Part shown: positions 25,479-38,720 of the stretch, piece by piece
How positions within the stretch are numbered: position 1 is the first letter of the stretch
How the letters are laid out: every line of letters begins with the position of its first letter
From: Octopus bimaculoides
Taxonomy: Eukaryota
DNA: 64,000 bases
NCBI RefSeq assembly: GCF_001194135.2
Contig: NC_068995.1
Coordinates: 24,974,540-25,038,539, forward strand
Direction of reading: 5' to 3'
Program-made: the position numbers and the translations under genes
Notes under the pieces: model-generated
The model's input: only the letters and a program-made list of their open reading frames with translations
Database searches by the model: none
Told to the model about the DNA's origin: nothing

Positions 25479-27224
25479 GTGAGTGAGAAGAAAGAAAATA
25501 TTATTTACATTAAACTGTTTATATATGGCATATTTGTTCAAAAACAAAATAATTTCTCCTTAACTTGGTGATCAAATTATGAACAATTGCTTAAAAATAT
25601 ACAGAAAATTTTCTCTGAAATTTTATTAACCTTTCTTTATATATAGAAGAAGCAACAAAAGATATTTCTTATCAAAAGATCTTTCATATAAAATGAAAAT
25701 AAAATTTAGGTTAAATGAGAGAATTAAAGTAACTTTTGTCTTAAAAGTTTAGTTGACTTGTAGAAAAGATGATTGCAATTGTCTTCCATTCACATTAATG
25801 TGCTTACACTATGGTAAGCTTGGATTCAGGTAGCTGGGTCGGACTTAGGAGGTTAAGCCTTGCTGAGGAGTCAACAAGTGAAAGCAGTGCACAAAGAGAT
25901 TGCATGTTACTATCCATGATGAAGATGATGATAATGATGAGGATGATGATGACTGTGATGGTAATAATATCAATAACAATTACTACACTTCATAGCAGTG
26001 GTAAAAGGGGCATCAGTTTGTGAAAACAACTGTGCTTCTTTATGTAGATATCGAATTTAACTAAATCTCATGCAGAGTAGCTTGAAAAAAATAGATATAA
26101 TGCAAGGACGGAAAAACCTGTAGTAGGAAAATACACTAACCATAAAAATATTAATAGCAGGAAGAATATATATGAAATTAACCCACTGGAGCCATATTTT
26201 TGGTTTATCAGTAATTTCAGATTTGATGCAAAGCTGAATTCCCAACATAATGAGAACTGGTAAACCCACTGTTAAGAGCCAGTTACATTAGAAATAGATC
26301 ACTCAATCAGAATAAAGATATGTCAGTGTAGTTTTAAGCTCTTGACAAATGTCTGTATACAGACAGCTTTATGTTAGGTGTTGTTTTCTATATTTGTTCC
26401 AATTTTTTTCAATCGTGAAGTTCATTACATCCAAACATTTCCAGAGAGGAAAGACAAAGGCATAGATTATTTACAACTTGTGAAGTAATGCAAATTTTAG
26501 AAGATTCTCATGAAAATCCATAAGAATTTGATGAAATATATATATAAAGAATGACTTGGAATTAGATGAAGATGAAAGATTTCAAGTGGAAAGTGTTAAT
26601 GATATGTTTCAAGTGATGGGACATGGGTCTGGATCAGCTTATAGTAGCAGTGATACAATATTAGTGTTAGATTAACAGATTATTGGTTCCAGATAATATC
26701 CTCAATTTTTAAGCATTTTTTTTGTTTAATTACTTTATGTCAGTTTCATTTCATTTGAGAAATGAGCAACTTCTTTATCATAGTTGGCAACTTTGACAGA
26801 CATGTTAACCAACATGTTGATAGTTTCTTTGACATATAATGAGGCTAGGGATATAATCTCAAAGAAAGGAGGGTGTAAGTCTCCTGGAATTCTGTGATAC
26901 AACTGATCTGACAAATGGCAAGATGCACGCTTTAAGAAACCAGCCAACTACTTTATCACTTACCAATCTGGCAAACACGCAATTTGGATAAATTACATTA
27001 TCACTGGGAAACCGGACTGAGAGGCTACTGAATTGATATGGTTGATAGGACAATAAAAGCTTAGTTACAGGCTTTGTAAACCAGTAAGAAAGGTGATAGT
27101 AATAAACATTATCAAATTACTGGAAGGTGGCCAAGTGACTAGTCTACGCAACTAAAGGTGAGGCAGAAAGGAAAAATGTTGTACTTGTTTTGCAACATGA
27201 GAATCAGACATGAAGTGTTCAGGA

Positions 27225-27745
27225 TTGTGAGACAGAACTAAGATAGCATTGGTGAGAATTGTATTTGAAATGATGATGGTAAACTTGTTTGTGTTGGAAC
27301 TGGTTGGAGAAAGTTCAGGGAGCTACTACCACTATTGACAACAGTGTAGGGCAGATTGTATGACGTTTGTGTTGGAATTGTGATGCTGCATGGTGGTGAG
27401 ACATGGACTTTGAATGCAGAGAACCTGAGAAGACTGCAAGAAATGAAGTGTGCATGCACCAACGGATGTACAACATAAGTGTGAATAAGTGCTGAGAGAA
27501 AGACTGGGCATAAGAGGAATCAGATGTAGTGAGATAATATTAGAAACCATAATATATGCATATGGATGAGGACAGCTGCATATGGAAGTGTCGATCTCTA
27601 ATTTTGGAAGGAACCTGTAGAATAGGTAGTCCTAAGAAGGTGTGGAATGAAGTGGTGAGAAACGATCGTCAGATGTTGAGCTTCACAGAGATGACAAGCG
27701 GTCAAGACTTCTGGTGATTTGCCGTGCTTGAGAAGACACATCAAA
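27225..27745 (+). mobile_element. Old RTE LINE fragment (end of RT ORF)
   Basis: Decayed VMLHGGETWTL..E.LRRL...MDEDSCIWKC...EGTCR.G.PKKVWNEVVR, homologous to the 3' ORF end of copies at 40447 and 35600. Confidence 0.75.
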
Positions 27746-27769
27746 CTAAGCCAAATTGTGATGGGCCAT

Positions 27770-28592
27770 GCCCCGCCTCTTACACACACACACATATATA
27801 ATCTGTTCTCTGTCAAAACTCTCCCTGCAGCCCATCTTCCCAATACCACCACCATCACTTCCTACCACCCACAATAACTACCTACTGCAGGCCCTTCTTC
27901 TTTCCCTCACATGCCTATCTGCATCCTCACATATCTACCATACCCCACTCCCATTTCTCTCACTATCACTTGCTACTTTCACCTCTTCCCCATCTTTAAA
28001 CATCTCCCTTCACACTCTTATTGACCATCCCCCTCTATTCACTCTGTATCACTTGTACATCCCACCTCCGCTACTTATTGGTAGGTCCTGATGCATCTCC
28101 AACATCACTCTTTCTCTCTCACTCTGACTTTCTCTGTCTTTCTCTCTCTCTCACTCTGACTGTTCCTCTCTATCTTTCTCTCTAACTCTATCTTGCCTTC
28201 CTCTCCTTTCTCTTTTCCTACTGGGATTGCCAAGTATCCCCTCTGTAGTAAGACACCCCTCTGTAGTAAGACACCCCTCTCTATCCCTCTATAACACACT
28301 AACCTCTCACCTGGCACAAAGCCACTTCCTGCAGTTCTTACTCCCTTTTCCAGCTGAGAGGTTTTCATCTCACAAGTTGCTTGGCAATCCCACTGGTATC
28401 AGTGCTACACAAAAAAGCACTCAATACCCTCTCTAAAGTGGTTAGCATTAGGAAGGGTGTCCAGCCATAGAAACCATGCCAAAGCAGACCATGGAGCTTG
28501 GTGCAGCTCTCCATCTTGCCAGCTCCTGTCAAATAGTGCAACCCATGCCAACATGGATATTGGACATTAAATGGTGATAATGATGATGACAA
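27770..28592 (+). mobile_element. Second pyrimidine-rich repeat ending in an RTE-type 3' tail
   Basis: CT-rich body, an 18-bp tandem duplication (cccctctgtagtaagaca x2, 28238-28273), cacaagttgcttggcaatccc..., then the RTE tail to (GAT)n at about 28590. Confidence 0.65.
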
Positions 28593-28999
28593 CTCTGCTT
28601 CTACTTTATTATCAGAATCTAGCTGAGAAGATACAATGTATTTGCAGTAGAATCTCAGAGTATCATTACATTCCAGAGTTGTCACACCAGAGTTGAACCC
28701 ACAATTGCTGCAGTCCAATGACTAAAACAAGTAAAATAGTAAAAAGAAATTTTTATTACTTGTTTTCAGCATAGTATTTTGGTACATGAAACAAATGTTT
28801 GTAAATTCCACCCCCACCCAAGAACATATACATGGCACCTAACTCAACACACCTTACACAACCCACCCTTTCACCTCTAACTCTAATTCCCTCCTCCCCT
28901 GTTCTCTGCCATACTCTCCACCACCTTCTCTTTTTATGTCCATACCTCATCCTTCTGCCTAAAATCATTGTTTACTCTTCTATTCTCCCTTGATTATAG

Positions 29000-29232
29000 G
29001 GGCCACTTGAGATTCTTAGCCTTGGAGGTTACAAAGTGTTCTTCAGTAACGCTGGTGCTACACTAAAAACCCAGCACACTTTGTAAAGTGGTTGATGTTA
29101 GGAAGGGTATCCAGTCATAGAAACAATACCAGAGTAGACACTGGAGGATGATGCAGTCCTTTGACACATTGGTTCCTGTCAAACTGTCTAATCCTATTCC
29201 AGCATGGGAGCTGGATGTTAAATGATGATGAT
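29000..29232 (+). mobile_element. Short RTE-tail repeat
   Basis: aaacccagcacactttgtaaagtggttgatgttaggaagggtatccag...ggatgttaaatgatgatga. Confidence 0.75.
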
Positions 29233-29699
29233 ATATATCATCTTCATCATCATCATCATAATCATCATTTTTACATCTAACTTTCCTTGCTTCTATGGAT
29301 TGGTCATGAGTACATTGGGGTAGATTTTTTTTCTGTTAGCAAATGTCCTTCCTGGTGCCAACTTGCGCCTGTTTCTCTGTGAGGTAATTATCTCCCAGTT
29401 TGCCAACAAATAGCCTAAACAAGGTTACACAGAGAACTGCAAACAAATGATATCATATGAATGAGACTTTTGAGCTTTTGTTTACAAAGGTGGTACAGTA
29501 TGTCAAAAAACCCATATATGCTTTTGCAATGCCAGCAAATGGCACCATCCAGCTGAAAACACAAACGTACGTTTGTTTTTATCAAATTGCATATGTTATA
29601 TATAAAAACAATTTAATATTAAACTGAAGACTTAATCAAAACTTTTTGGTTTAACTTTTACAAGGAAAAGATCGGCAGCGACTTCAAAGTTTTGGCTTG

Positions 29700-30200
29700 C
29701 TCACCTTCAAGACAGTTGGATTCAGGGAAGCAAGGGTAAATTTTGAAGTTACTCTACCAATCCTTTCCATTCGTATGTACATGCAGTTCTGCTAGTCTAG
29801 CATCCTTTGGATATGGGTAGCATCATATCTGTATTGAAAGTCAAGTCTTAAAAATCGAAATAAGAGTGTTTACTAACCAGTTTGTCAGATACATAACCAT
29901 ATTCTTCAGCAGCCTCAATATTTATTAACTTCTTTTTGTTAGATAAATTAAGTTTATAAATGCCATGTTATAAACCAGTTAGCTGTGAATACACAACTCT
30001 TCACAATACCATGGTCTTGTAATTGTTTAGCATTTTCAATGATCATTGGCTTCACATCCACACTTTTTCTTGTCTCTGAATCAGCCATTGCACTAACTTG
30101 TTTTTTCTGTTTCTTAGTATCATATATTGTTGAAGTATCTGTTTTATTCATGCATTCTACTTTTCACTTCTTTTCATATGCTGTATTCTATCAGTTTCCA
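29700..30200 (-). mobile_element. Tigger/Jerky-like (pogo group) transposase remnant
   Basis: Minus ORF 29954-30151 has STIYDTKKQK and IIENAKQL...CVFTANWF, resembling the two CENP-B-type HTH domains; heavily deleted. Confidence 0.45.
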
Positions 30201-31025
30201 GACACAATGTGAAAGTTACGTGCTTTTCTTCCTACGCCCTCCTCAAATTGGTTACTTTTGTAAACATTGGAATGTACTTTCAAAAATGGGTGGACAATTA
30301 GAAAACACTTAAGCACTGGGCAATAGATTGTCAGTCGCCAGTGATAATGCTTATGAAAAACAAACAGTGAAGTGCATCAAAAAATGCTGAAGAATGAGGT
30401 TTACTAGACTATTGGATCCCAGATTAATGGAACTTTACTGTAGGTTGTTGTTTGAGGTAAATTTAACTGCCCATTTTGCAAGTGCACTAAGAGCACCCCA
30501 AAGTTACATTATTAGAGGACTCCACAGGGTGTTTAATACCTTCAGAATGTGAACATATATACCAGTTATTGTTACTATTTTTATAGTGTCAAATTTAAGT
30601 GTTTGATATTTGTTAACAGAGTATCTAATTCAGGCAGTCAGTTTACAATTTTACATGTAGCTTCTTTTAATTTTGTACTTTTTTATAGGTTTCATTGTTG
30701 TTTGCTGTTGATAGCATTGTTATTGTTTACTCCTAAGCCAGTTAGAAAATTTTAAACGTTGGATACATAAACCAATAACACTGATTGTATAATTTCCTCT
30801 GGGTTCACTTTACAACATGGAAACAAAGGTCACTTTAAAGTTCAAAAGTCACTTTCAAATACATTTTTTTTTCATTTAGGATGTGTGAATTTTATCAATG
30901 TAGTTTGTACAGTACTAAACTCTCTTTTCTTTCCTATACTATAACACTAAAGAAAAGCCAATGTGTATACTTTTTACCAAGAATTAATTAGCCAAAATTA
31001 GGTCTATGTATCGTCAACAAATTTG

Positions 31026-32765
31026 TATCATCATCATCATCATCATTAATATTTAACATCTGTTTTCCATGCTTGTATGGGTTGGAAATTTTGACAGAAG
31101 CTAGCCAACCAGAGAGTTGGAGAGTTGTGCAAGCTTCCAATTGTGTGTTTTGGCATGGTTTCTATGGCTGGATGTCCTTCCTAATGCAAATCACTTTTTT
31201 TATGGGTACTTTCTTTATATGTGGCACTGGCATGAGTACTTTTTATGTGGCACCAGCACCTACAAGTTCACAAGACAAGGATCACGTGACTGAGAGAGGG
31301 AGTGATGGGACATAGTTGTAAAGGACATGCCTATATGTACGGATGGATATGATTTTACTTAGCTTGATGTCTCTTCCCAAGTACAGCAACTTTCCACAAA
31401 TCTCAGTCGCTTGTCATCTCAGTGAAGCCTAGTGACTGAAGATCCTTTCTCACTACTTCGTTCCATGTCTTCCTGGGTCTGCCCTTTCCACAGGTTCCCT
31501 CCACAATTAGAGATCAGCACATTTTTATGCAGTTGTTCTCATCCTTTTGCATAACATGACTATACCAGTGTAGCCTTCTCTCTTGCACACTACACTTGAT
31601 GCCTCATATACCCAATTTTTGTCTTAAATCATTTACACTCTGTTGTACATGAACACTGAAATTACCCAACCAGCAGAGCATACTGGCTTCATTTCTTTCA
31701 AGCCTTTGCATGTCCTCTGTAGTCATAGCCTATGATTCACTGCCACATAACATAGCTGTACATATACAGACATTAGAGTATCTGCTTTTCACTCTAAGGG
31801 AGAGGCCCTTTGTTACCAACTAAAATAGCTGTTTTCTGAATTTTGACCAGCCTATCCTTATTCTAGAAACTAAAGCTTCCTCTTCCACTACTAAGTTGAT
31901 CACCTAGGTAATGGAAATTATCTATTACTTCTAAGGATCCCCACTCCCTGGACGCTTGAGTGAATCTATTTTCTGCACATTCCTAGTGTTTATTGTACCT
32001 GCACATCAGTCACCCACAAAGACTACTTTCTCTTTTAATCTTCTTGTGATATCACTGCACCTCTTATATGTCCATAGTCTGCACTGGGTACAATAAATGG
32101 AGTTTCTACCAACAACTTTTCTACATATTGAACAGGACCATCTCCCTATAGGGATCAGTGATTTGTCTGTTTTCCTACTTAGTTGGACTTTGGTCTTTGC
32201 TAAATAAACTCTAAGATCTCTTGATTCCAGACCTTGCTTCCTCATCTGAAATTTGTTCTCTAGTTCTTGTAGTGATTCAGCTATAAGAAGAAGGTCATCA
32301 GCATAGAGGAGCTCCCAAGGGCAATCAATCTTAAATTCTTCTGTTATGGCCTGGAGGACTGTGATAAACAAGAGAGAGCTGAGAACCAATCCTTGGTGGA
32401 TTCCTACGTATACACTAAAATTTTTTGCTATACTCAATGCTAACTTTCACCTTACTGACAGTAGCTTTGTATATGGCTTGTACAGCTCTCACCAACCACA
32501 CATCTGTCTCTAGTTTCCACATTGCCCATCAGATACGGGAGTGGGGGGACCCTGTCAAAGGCTTTCTCCCTGTCAACAAAAACCAAGTAAGAGGTTTCTT
32601 TGTGGCTAAATACTTCTGCAGTTCCCTCAGGAGGAAGACAGTATCAGTAGTGTCTCTACCTGGTACAGTACCAAAATGCATCTCATCTAAACTAACTCTC
32701 TTCCTAATAAGTTGAGCAATGACCCTTTATATAACATCCATCATCTGGTCTAGCAATGTGTTACC
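31026..32765 (-). mobile_element. Older RTE LINE copy (RT to 3' tail), frameshifted
   Basis: ORF 32006-32437 has VGIHQGLVLSSLLFITVLQAITEEFKIDCPWELLYADDL (RT YADD) and WSCSICRK...CTQC; (CAT)n tail at about 31026. Confidence 0.93.
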
Positions 32766-33357
32766 TTTGTCTAAGGCATCACCTTATTTCTCTTCTCCTT
32801 CATTTTCTAGATATGAAATATCTTACAAGTGAAGCATTTTATAAATCTTTCTTGAATTAAGAAACCATTCTTCAGGCTTCTCTTTCAGATTTTGTACTGA
32901 TTAGTGTTCATTTCCTTTTCTCCTCCTAATTTCTCAGTGTATTAGAACATGTAAGGAATATTTCTCTACAGGAACAGATTGAGTGGGTGTGTGGTTATCT
33001 ACAATACATTCAGTCATGCTATAGTGGAATTTACTTTTTTAACATATTAGGTCTGTAAAGCGATTTTTTTCCCAGATAAAAACTGCAACCTCTGGCTTTA
33101 CACATAATTTAAGTATGTCATATGGGTAAAGTGGGAGATTTGACTGTGGACTGTCGCTGGTAAAGATTTTACTTTTATTGCATAATTTGAATGGAATTTC
33201 ATTATTTGAGGATATAATATACCAACTAGCATGTCTGTCTTGTAAAAATAGAAACTAGTATCACGAGTTTATTTTGCAAATGTTGATTAGTTTCTTTAGT
33301 AGCAACAACAATGGTGACTCACAAAATAATAAGTTTTTTCTATTTTGTATGTTCTAG

Positions 33358-33587
33358 TTGGTAATCCATGTTGGTGTGTCAGGTATTGCCAACACATTGA
33401 CTTTAGAGCAAATTGCCCACAATGATGGTTATTTTCTTGATGACATCAATGACTACCATCCAGAGAATAACAAATGTGTTGAAGGTGCTGAAGACACTAT
33501 CAGCTCTGAGATCAATATGCAGCTGATCTGTGATGCTGTTAATAATTCTGACAAATTTACTGCAGTTGTGTCTGAAGATGCTGGACG
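33358..33587 (+). CDS. PGPEP1: Pyroglutamyl-peptidase I, coding exon 3 (contains catalytic Glu85)
   Basis: Acceptor ttctAG at 33356-57; LVIHVGVSGIANTLTLEQIAHNDGY...SEDAG(R); donor CG|GTAGGT at 33588 (phase 2); 230 nt. Confidence 0.97.
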
Positions 33588-33662
33588 GTAGGTTGCTTCA
33601 TGTTTTATATATTTTGTGTACTTTCTACATTTTCATCTATCCTTCAAACTGTTATTAAATTA

Positions 33663-33817
33663 CCTAAAGGTAGCAAACTGATAGAGTTGTTAGCATGGCA
33701 GACAAAATGCTTAGTGGCATTTTATTTGTCTTTACATTCTGAGTTCAAATTCTACCAAGGTTAACATTGCCTTTCATCCTTTTGGGGTCAATAAAATAAA
33801 TACCAGTTGAGTGCTGG
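33663..33817 (+). mobile_element. tRNA-derived SINE (family C), cut by a 10-N gap
   Basis: B-box-like gagttcaaattc followed by tgcctttcatccttttggggtcaataaaataaataccagttgag, a central domain typical of conserved-core SINEs. Confidence 0.6.
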
Positions 33818-33914
33818 NNNNNNNNNNAAGTAACTTTAAAAACAAAAAGAAAAACAAAATTTCTTCTTTTGCCATAGCAATGACAAGATTTAAGTATTTC
33901 AGTACAGAGAAACA

Positions 33915-34305
33915 TTTTATCTTTTATCTGTTTCAGTCACTACACTGTGGCCATGGTGGGGCACCACCTTGAAGAGCTCTTCGTTGAATGAATCAACCCC
34001 AGTACTTTTTTTTTTTCAAAACCTGGTACTTATTTTACTGGTCTCTTTTTGCCAAATTGCCAAGTTACGGAGATGCAAACGAATTAATACCAGTTGTCAA
34101 GCAGTGGTGGAGGGACAAACACATACACACACACACACATACACACATAATGGGTTTCTTTCAGTTTCTGTCTACCAAATCCACTGACAAGGCTTTGGTC
34201 AGCCTGAGGCTATAGTAGAAAACACTTGCCTAAGGTACTATGCAGTGCCTCTGAACCCGCAACCATGTGGTTGGAAAGCAAGCTGTTTACCACACAGCCA
34301 TGCCT
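33915..34305 (-). mobile_element. tRNA-derived SINE (family A)
   Basis: Full module order including the (CA)n core and ccatgtggttggaaagcaagctgtttaccacacagcc head. Confidence 0.9.
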
Positions 34306-34561
34306 GAATTATTCAGTGTGCAATCTGCTGGGTATAACAGTGGAAATTACTTTTTCATAGTACTTATTTACAGTGAAGCTAAATAAATTCAGCCATTGAA
34401 GGCTAAGTATACTGGGGTTGGGGTGAGGTTCAGTAATGGACTACAAACCAACAAACAATATTTGGTACATTGGTATGTTGCTGCAATTTTAACTCTGTTT
34501 ATATAGTCAGGATCAACTCTATACAACAAAATAGAAATAACTGTGTTAATAATAGACCAGT

Positions 34562-34875
34562 GACAGGCATGTGGCTTAGTGGTGAGGGGTATTTGTCTCA
34601 TGGTCATAAGGTTGTGAGTTTGATACCAGGCAGCACTTTGTCTTTGATCAAGAGGCTTTATTTCTCATTGCACCAGTCCAAAAATGAGTTGGACCTGTAT
34701 TTCAAAGGGTATAGCCTGGTCACATTCTGTGTCACATTGAATCTCCCTGATAACTACGTTAAAGGTATGTGTGTCTGTGGAGTGCTTAACCACTTGTGTG
34801 TTAATTTCACAAGCAAGCTGTTCCATTGATTGGATCGACTGGAACTCTCACTGTTGCAACCACTTGAGAGTAATA
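34562..34875 (+). mobile_element. tRNA-derived SINE (family B)
   Basis: A box gtggcttagtgg, B-box-like gagtttgatacc; body matches 43095-43430. Confidence 0.8.
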
Positions 34876-34883
34876 GACCATGT

Positions 34884-36150
34884 ATCATCATCATCATCAT
34901 CATCATCGTTTAACATCCACTTTCCATGCTGGCATGGGTTGGACGGTTTGACTGAGGGCTGGCAAGCCAGAAGGCTGCACCAGTCTCCAATCTAATCTGG
35001 CAATGTTTCTACAGCTAGATGCCCTTCCTAATGCCAGCCACTCCAAGAGTGTAGTGGGTGCTTTTACATGCCACTGGCACGAGGGCCAGTCAGGCGGTAC
35101 TGGCATCAGCCATGCTCAAATGGTGCTTTTTACTTACCACCTGCACAGGAGCCAGTCCAGCAGTACTGGCAACGACCACGCTTGAATGGTGCTTTTTTTA
35201 CATGCTACTTGGCAAGGGAACCAGTCAGCGGCCCTGGCAACAATCATGCTCGAATGGTGCTTTTAACATTCCACTGCCACAGGTACCAGTCAGGTGGTAT
35301 TGTCATCAGCCATGACAGCGATTTCACTTGCCTCAACAGGTCTTTGTAAGCATAGTTTATTGTCCAATGATTGATAGGTACTCTTAAATAGGCTGGTTAT
35401 AGAGTACTGGCATAGGCCACAGGTTATGGTCTCACTTGGCTTGCCGAGTGTTCTCAAGTACAGCATATCTCCAAAGGTCTCGGTCAGAAGTCATTGCTTT
35501 GGTGAGGCCCAATATTTGAAGCTTGTGCTTCAACACCAGGTCTTCCTGGGTCTACCTCTTCTGCAGGTTTCTTCAACTGCTATGGTGTGACACTTTTTCA
35601 CACAGCTGTCCTCATCCATTCACAACACATGACCATACCAGCGCAGTCGTCTCTCTTTCACACCACATCTGATGCTTCTTAAGTCCAACTTTTCTCTCAA
35701 GGTGCTTACACTCTGTTGTGTATGCACACTGACATTACTCATCCAGTGGAGCATACTGGCTTCATTCCTTGCAAGCTTACGTATGTCTTCAGCAGTCACA
35801 GCCCATATTTCACTGCCATGTAACATAGCTGTTCGCACACATGCGTCATACAGTCTCCCTTTTACTCTGAGCGAGAGGCCCTATGTCACCAGCAGAGGTA
35901 GGAGCTCTCTGAACCTTGCCCAGGCTATCCTTACTCTACCAGCTACACTTTCAGAGCATCCACCCCCACTACTGACTTGGTCACCTAGGTAATGGAAGCT
36001 ATCAACTACTTGTAGCTTTCCCTGACATGTGATGGAAGCTGTTCTTTGCACGTTTTCAGTGTTTATTGCTCCTGAGCATTTGCCACACACAAAAAACTAT
36101 CTTCCCAGTTAGCCTTCCTTCAATATTGCTGCACCTCTTATGTGTCCATA
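34884..36150 (-). mobile_element. RTE LINE (R1) copy, 3' 1.3 kb
   Basis: Minus frames VVDSFHYLGDQVSSGGGCSES...ARFRELLPLL, MLHGSEIWAV...RRLRWYGHV; modular 3' UTR; (CAT)8 at 34884. Confidence 0.95.
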
Positions 36151-36467
36151 GCTTAACAATAATTCTGTAGAAGTTCGTCTGATGCTAGAAACAATAATCC
36201 ACTTAAAACTCCTGAAAAAATAAAATATTCATTATTTCTCACATTGGCATAAGACTGTGAATCTATAACGAAGTTGTTTAGTCACTGAAATAAGCCCAAG
36301 TATACAACAAGTAATTTATTTTATGAATTGTAGAGGGTTAAGAAGCAAATCAGACTTCTATGAGGTTTCGACCTGGATGGTAATTAAATATAGATACTCA
36401 GTCCTTTTGTTCTTGCTATCATGTCAACAGCATGTGTGCTATGATGATGATGATTCATAAAACCATA

Positions 36468-37550
36468 CACCTTAAAAACCCATGTAATTTGCACACCTGT
36501 ATAATTTACGCAGGTGATTTTCAGGATAATATTTGTTAAAAAAAAAAGCTTCTACTTATGCAAAATTCTCACCTAAAAATTTTGAGAATTGCTGATGTAG
36601 CCAGGGGAAAAAGATTTTCAATTTAGTTGTATGTAGCATAATTTCACTTACTTCTGATTAGATTTTATTAAATTTTCATGAAATAAAAATAATTTCTGTT
36701 TAAACAGGTATCACATTGAAAGCTATTAAATTACGAAGTGTTTGTGTTGTTTATAATAAACTTTGTTTTACATTTCTTGCCGACAAGAGATTATGTTCGA
36801 TCTTTAGCATACATCTGTATGACTTCTCAAATCACGATCACAGGAAAAGTTGTTGATGAGAATTACCAACAAAAGCAAAGCTGATAAATACCCACAGGTT
36901 TTGCAAATTAAGTTTAATTACCAATAAACATCTGCTTGGATGACACTTTACTCAACCAACAGAGGAAGGTGACTGATCAAGCTGATTATGTAAACAGAAT
37001 TCTTTTCCATCTATTCTTGTCAGAACCTTTGATGTAGAGTATCGAAATTTTAATCCCTTTCACACATAAAATGTCAAGCAAACTTAAAACTTTATCGTTA
37101 CCGTTATTGTCAGTATGGGCAGAACTTATGAATCGTTTACTGTGAAGGAAAAATTAAATATGTGCTCCATTGCGATAGGTAGAAACTCCAAGCAATGTAA
37201 AATATGGCCCAGACCATGTTTACCAGCATCAACGTTTGATTTCAAAAACTAGTTAACCATTTTGTGGTTTTTGTAAATTTATACAGAAAAAGTAAGCATC
37301 ATACTGTCCAGCATATATTAAAGTCAACTTCATTATTGCTATTTAAGCCATTATTTTTTCTGTAAAAACCTTTTCTGATATTAAATGAGTCAACTTCCGG
37401 TATGAATATTTACACTTTGTACATTTTTTTCCAACAAAATAAATTCCAAAACAAATTCTGGAAATGATCTACTCATGTAATTTATGCAACCCCTAAAGTT
37501 TATCTTTACATTTGCGAAAAAAAGTGCATAAATTACATTAGTTTTTACAG
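36468..37550 (+). mobile_element. Non-autonomous pogo/Tigger-like element in PGPEP1 intron
   Basis: Imperfect TIRs (ta|caccttaaaaacccatgtaattt ... aaattacattagtttttacag|ta), repeated subterminal atgtaattt(a)tgca motifs, and an internal MGRTYESFTVKEKL resembling a pogo N-terminal HTH. Confidence 0.55.
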
Positions 37551-37574
37551 TATACATATATATGTGCAGACATT

Positions 37575-37714
37575 GCTTCCCAACTACTTGGTTCCAGGTT
37601 CAGTCCCACTGTGTGGAACCTTAGGCAAGGGTCTTCTTCTATAGCTTCAGGCTGTAAGTTGATTTGGTAGGCAGAAACTGAAAGAAGCCGGTCATATGTG
37701 TGTGTGCGTGTGCG

Positions 37715-37768
<54 letters not shown>

Positions 37769-37965
37769 TCTATGTGTGTGTGTCTTTGTGTTTGTGTTTG
37801 ACCTCCTCCACTACTTGACAACCAGTGTTGGTGCATTTACATCCTTGTAACTCAGTGATTCAGCAGAAGAAACCTGTGGGTTAAGTACCAGGCCTTAAAA
37901 AATAACTCCTGGGCACCCCAGCACGGCCACAGTCAAATGACTGAAACAAATAAAAGATAAAAGAC
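37575..37965 (+). mobile_element. tRNA-derived SINE (family A) with (TA)/(TATG) core
   Basis: ggttccaggttcagtcccactgtgtggaaccttaggcaag...ggcagaaactgaaagaagcc...gtcaaatgactgaaacaaataaaagataaaag. Confidence 0.9.
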
Positions 37966-38014
37966 ATATTTTTAATTCAGAATTCTTATGTATTTTTTAT
38001 TTTCTTCCTTCCAG

Positions 38015-38174
38015 ATACCTCTGTGATTACTCCTACTTTACTTCATTGTACATAGACCGAACACGATGTGCGTTTATACATGTTCCAACACTTGACAAGG
38101 GCTACACCAGTGAAGAACTTGCTCAAGGTGTCAAAATGGCAATTTTGTTAATGCTTGAACAAATATCATCTTGA
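38015..38174 (+). CDS. PGPEP1: Pyroglutamyl-peptidase I, coding exon 4 (catalytic Cys148 and His167, stop)
   Basis: Polypyrimidine tract plus ccAG at 38013-14; (R)[52 protein letters not shown]; TGA at 38172-74. Spliced CDS is 34+170+230+160 = 594 nt, 197 aa, with no lesions. Confidence 0.97.
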
Positions 38175-38232
38175 CCTGAAATTTTGTCCTAACACAATTT
38201 AATGGTTGGTGTGGGAAATGGCCCTTAAATAA

Positions 38233-38235
<3 letters not shown>

Positions 38236-38269
<34 letters not shown>

Positions 38270-38720
38270 CATATATATATGTGTATGTATATACATATAT
38301 GTATTATATATATGTGTGTGTCTGTATATATATATATATATACACAAGCATACACATATATATACATGCATACACACATACATATATATATGTGTGTGTG
38401 TGTGTGTGTATATATTTATATATATATTATATATATATATATATATATNNNNNNNNNNNNNNNNNNNNNNNNNNNNNNNNNNNNNNNNNNNNNNNNNNNN
38501 NNNNNNNNNNNNNNNNNNNNNNNNNNNNNNNNNNNNNNNNNNNNNNNNNNNNNNNNNNNNNNNNNNNNNNNNNNNNNNNNNNNNNNNNNNNNNNNNNNNN
38601 NNNNNNNNNNNNNNNNNNNNNNNNNNNNNNNNNNNNNNNNNNNNNNNNNNNNNNNNNNNNNNNNNNNNNNNNNNNNNNNNNNNNNATATATACTTATATG
38701 TATATATACTTATATGTATA
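38236..38720. repeat. (TA)/(TG)/(CA) microsatellite field with N gap, just 3' of the PGPEP1 stop
   Basis: Directly visible; an AATAAA at 38228-38233 precedes it and is a possible poly(A) signal. Confidence 0.9.
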
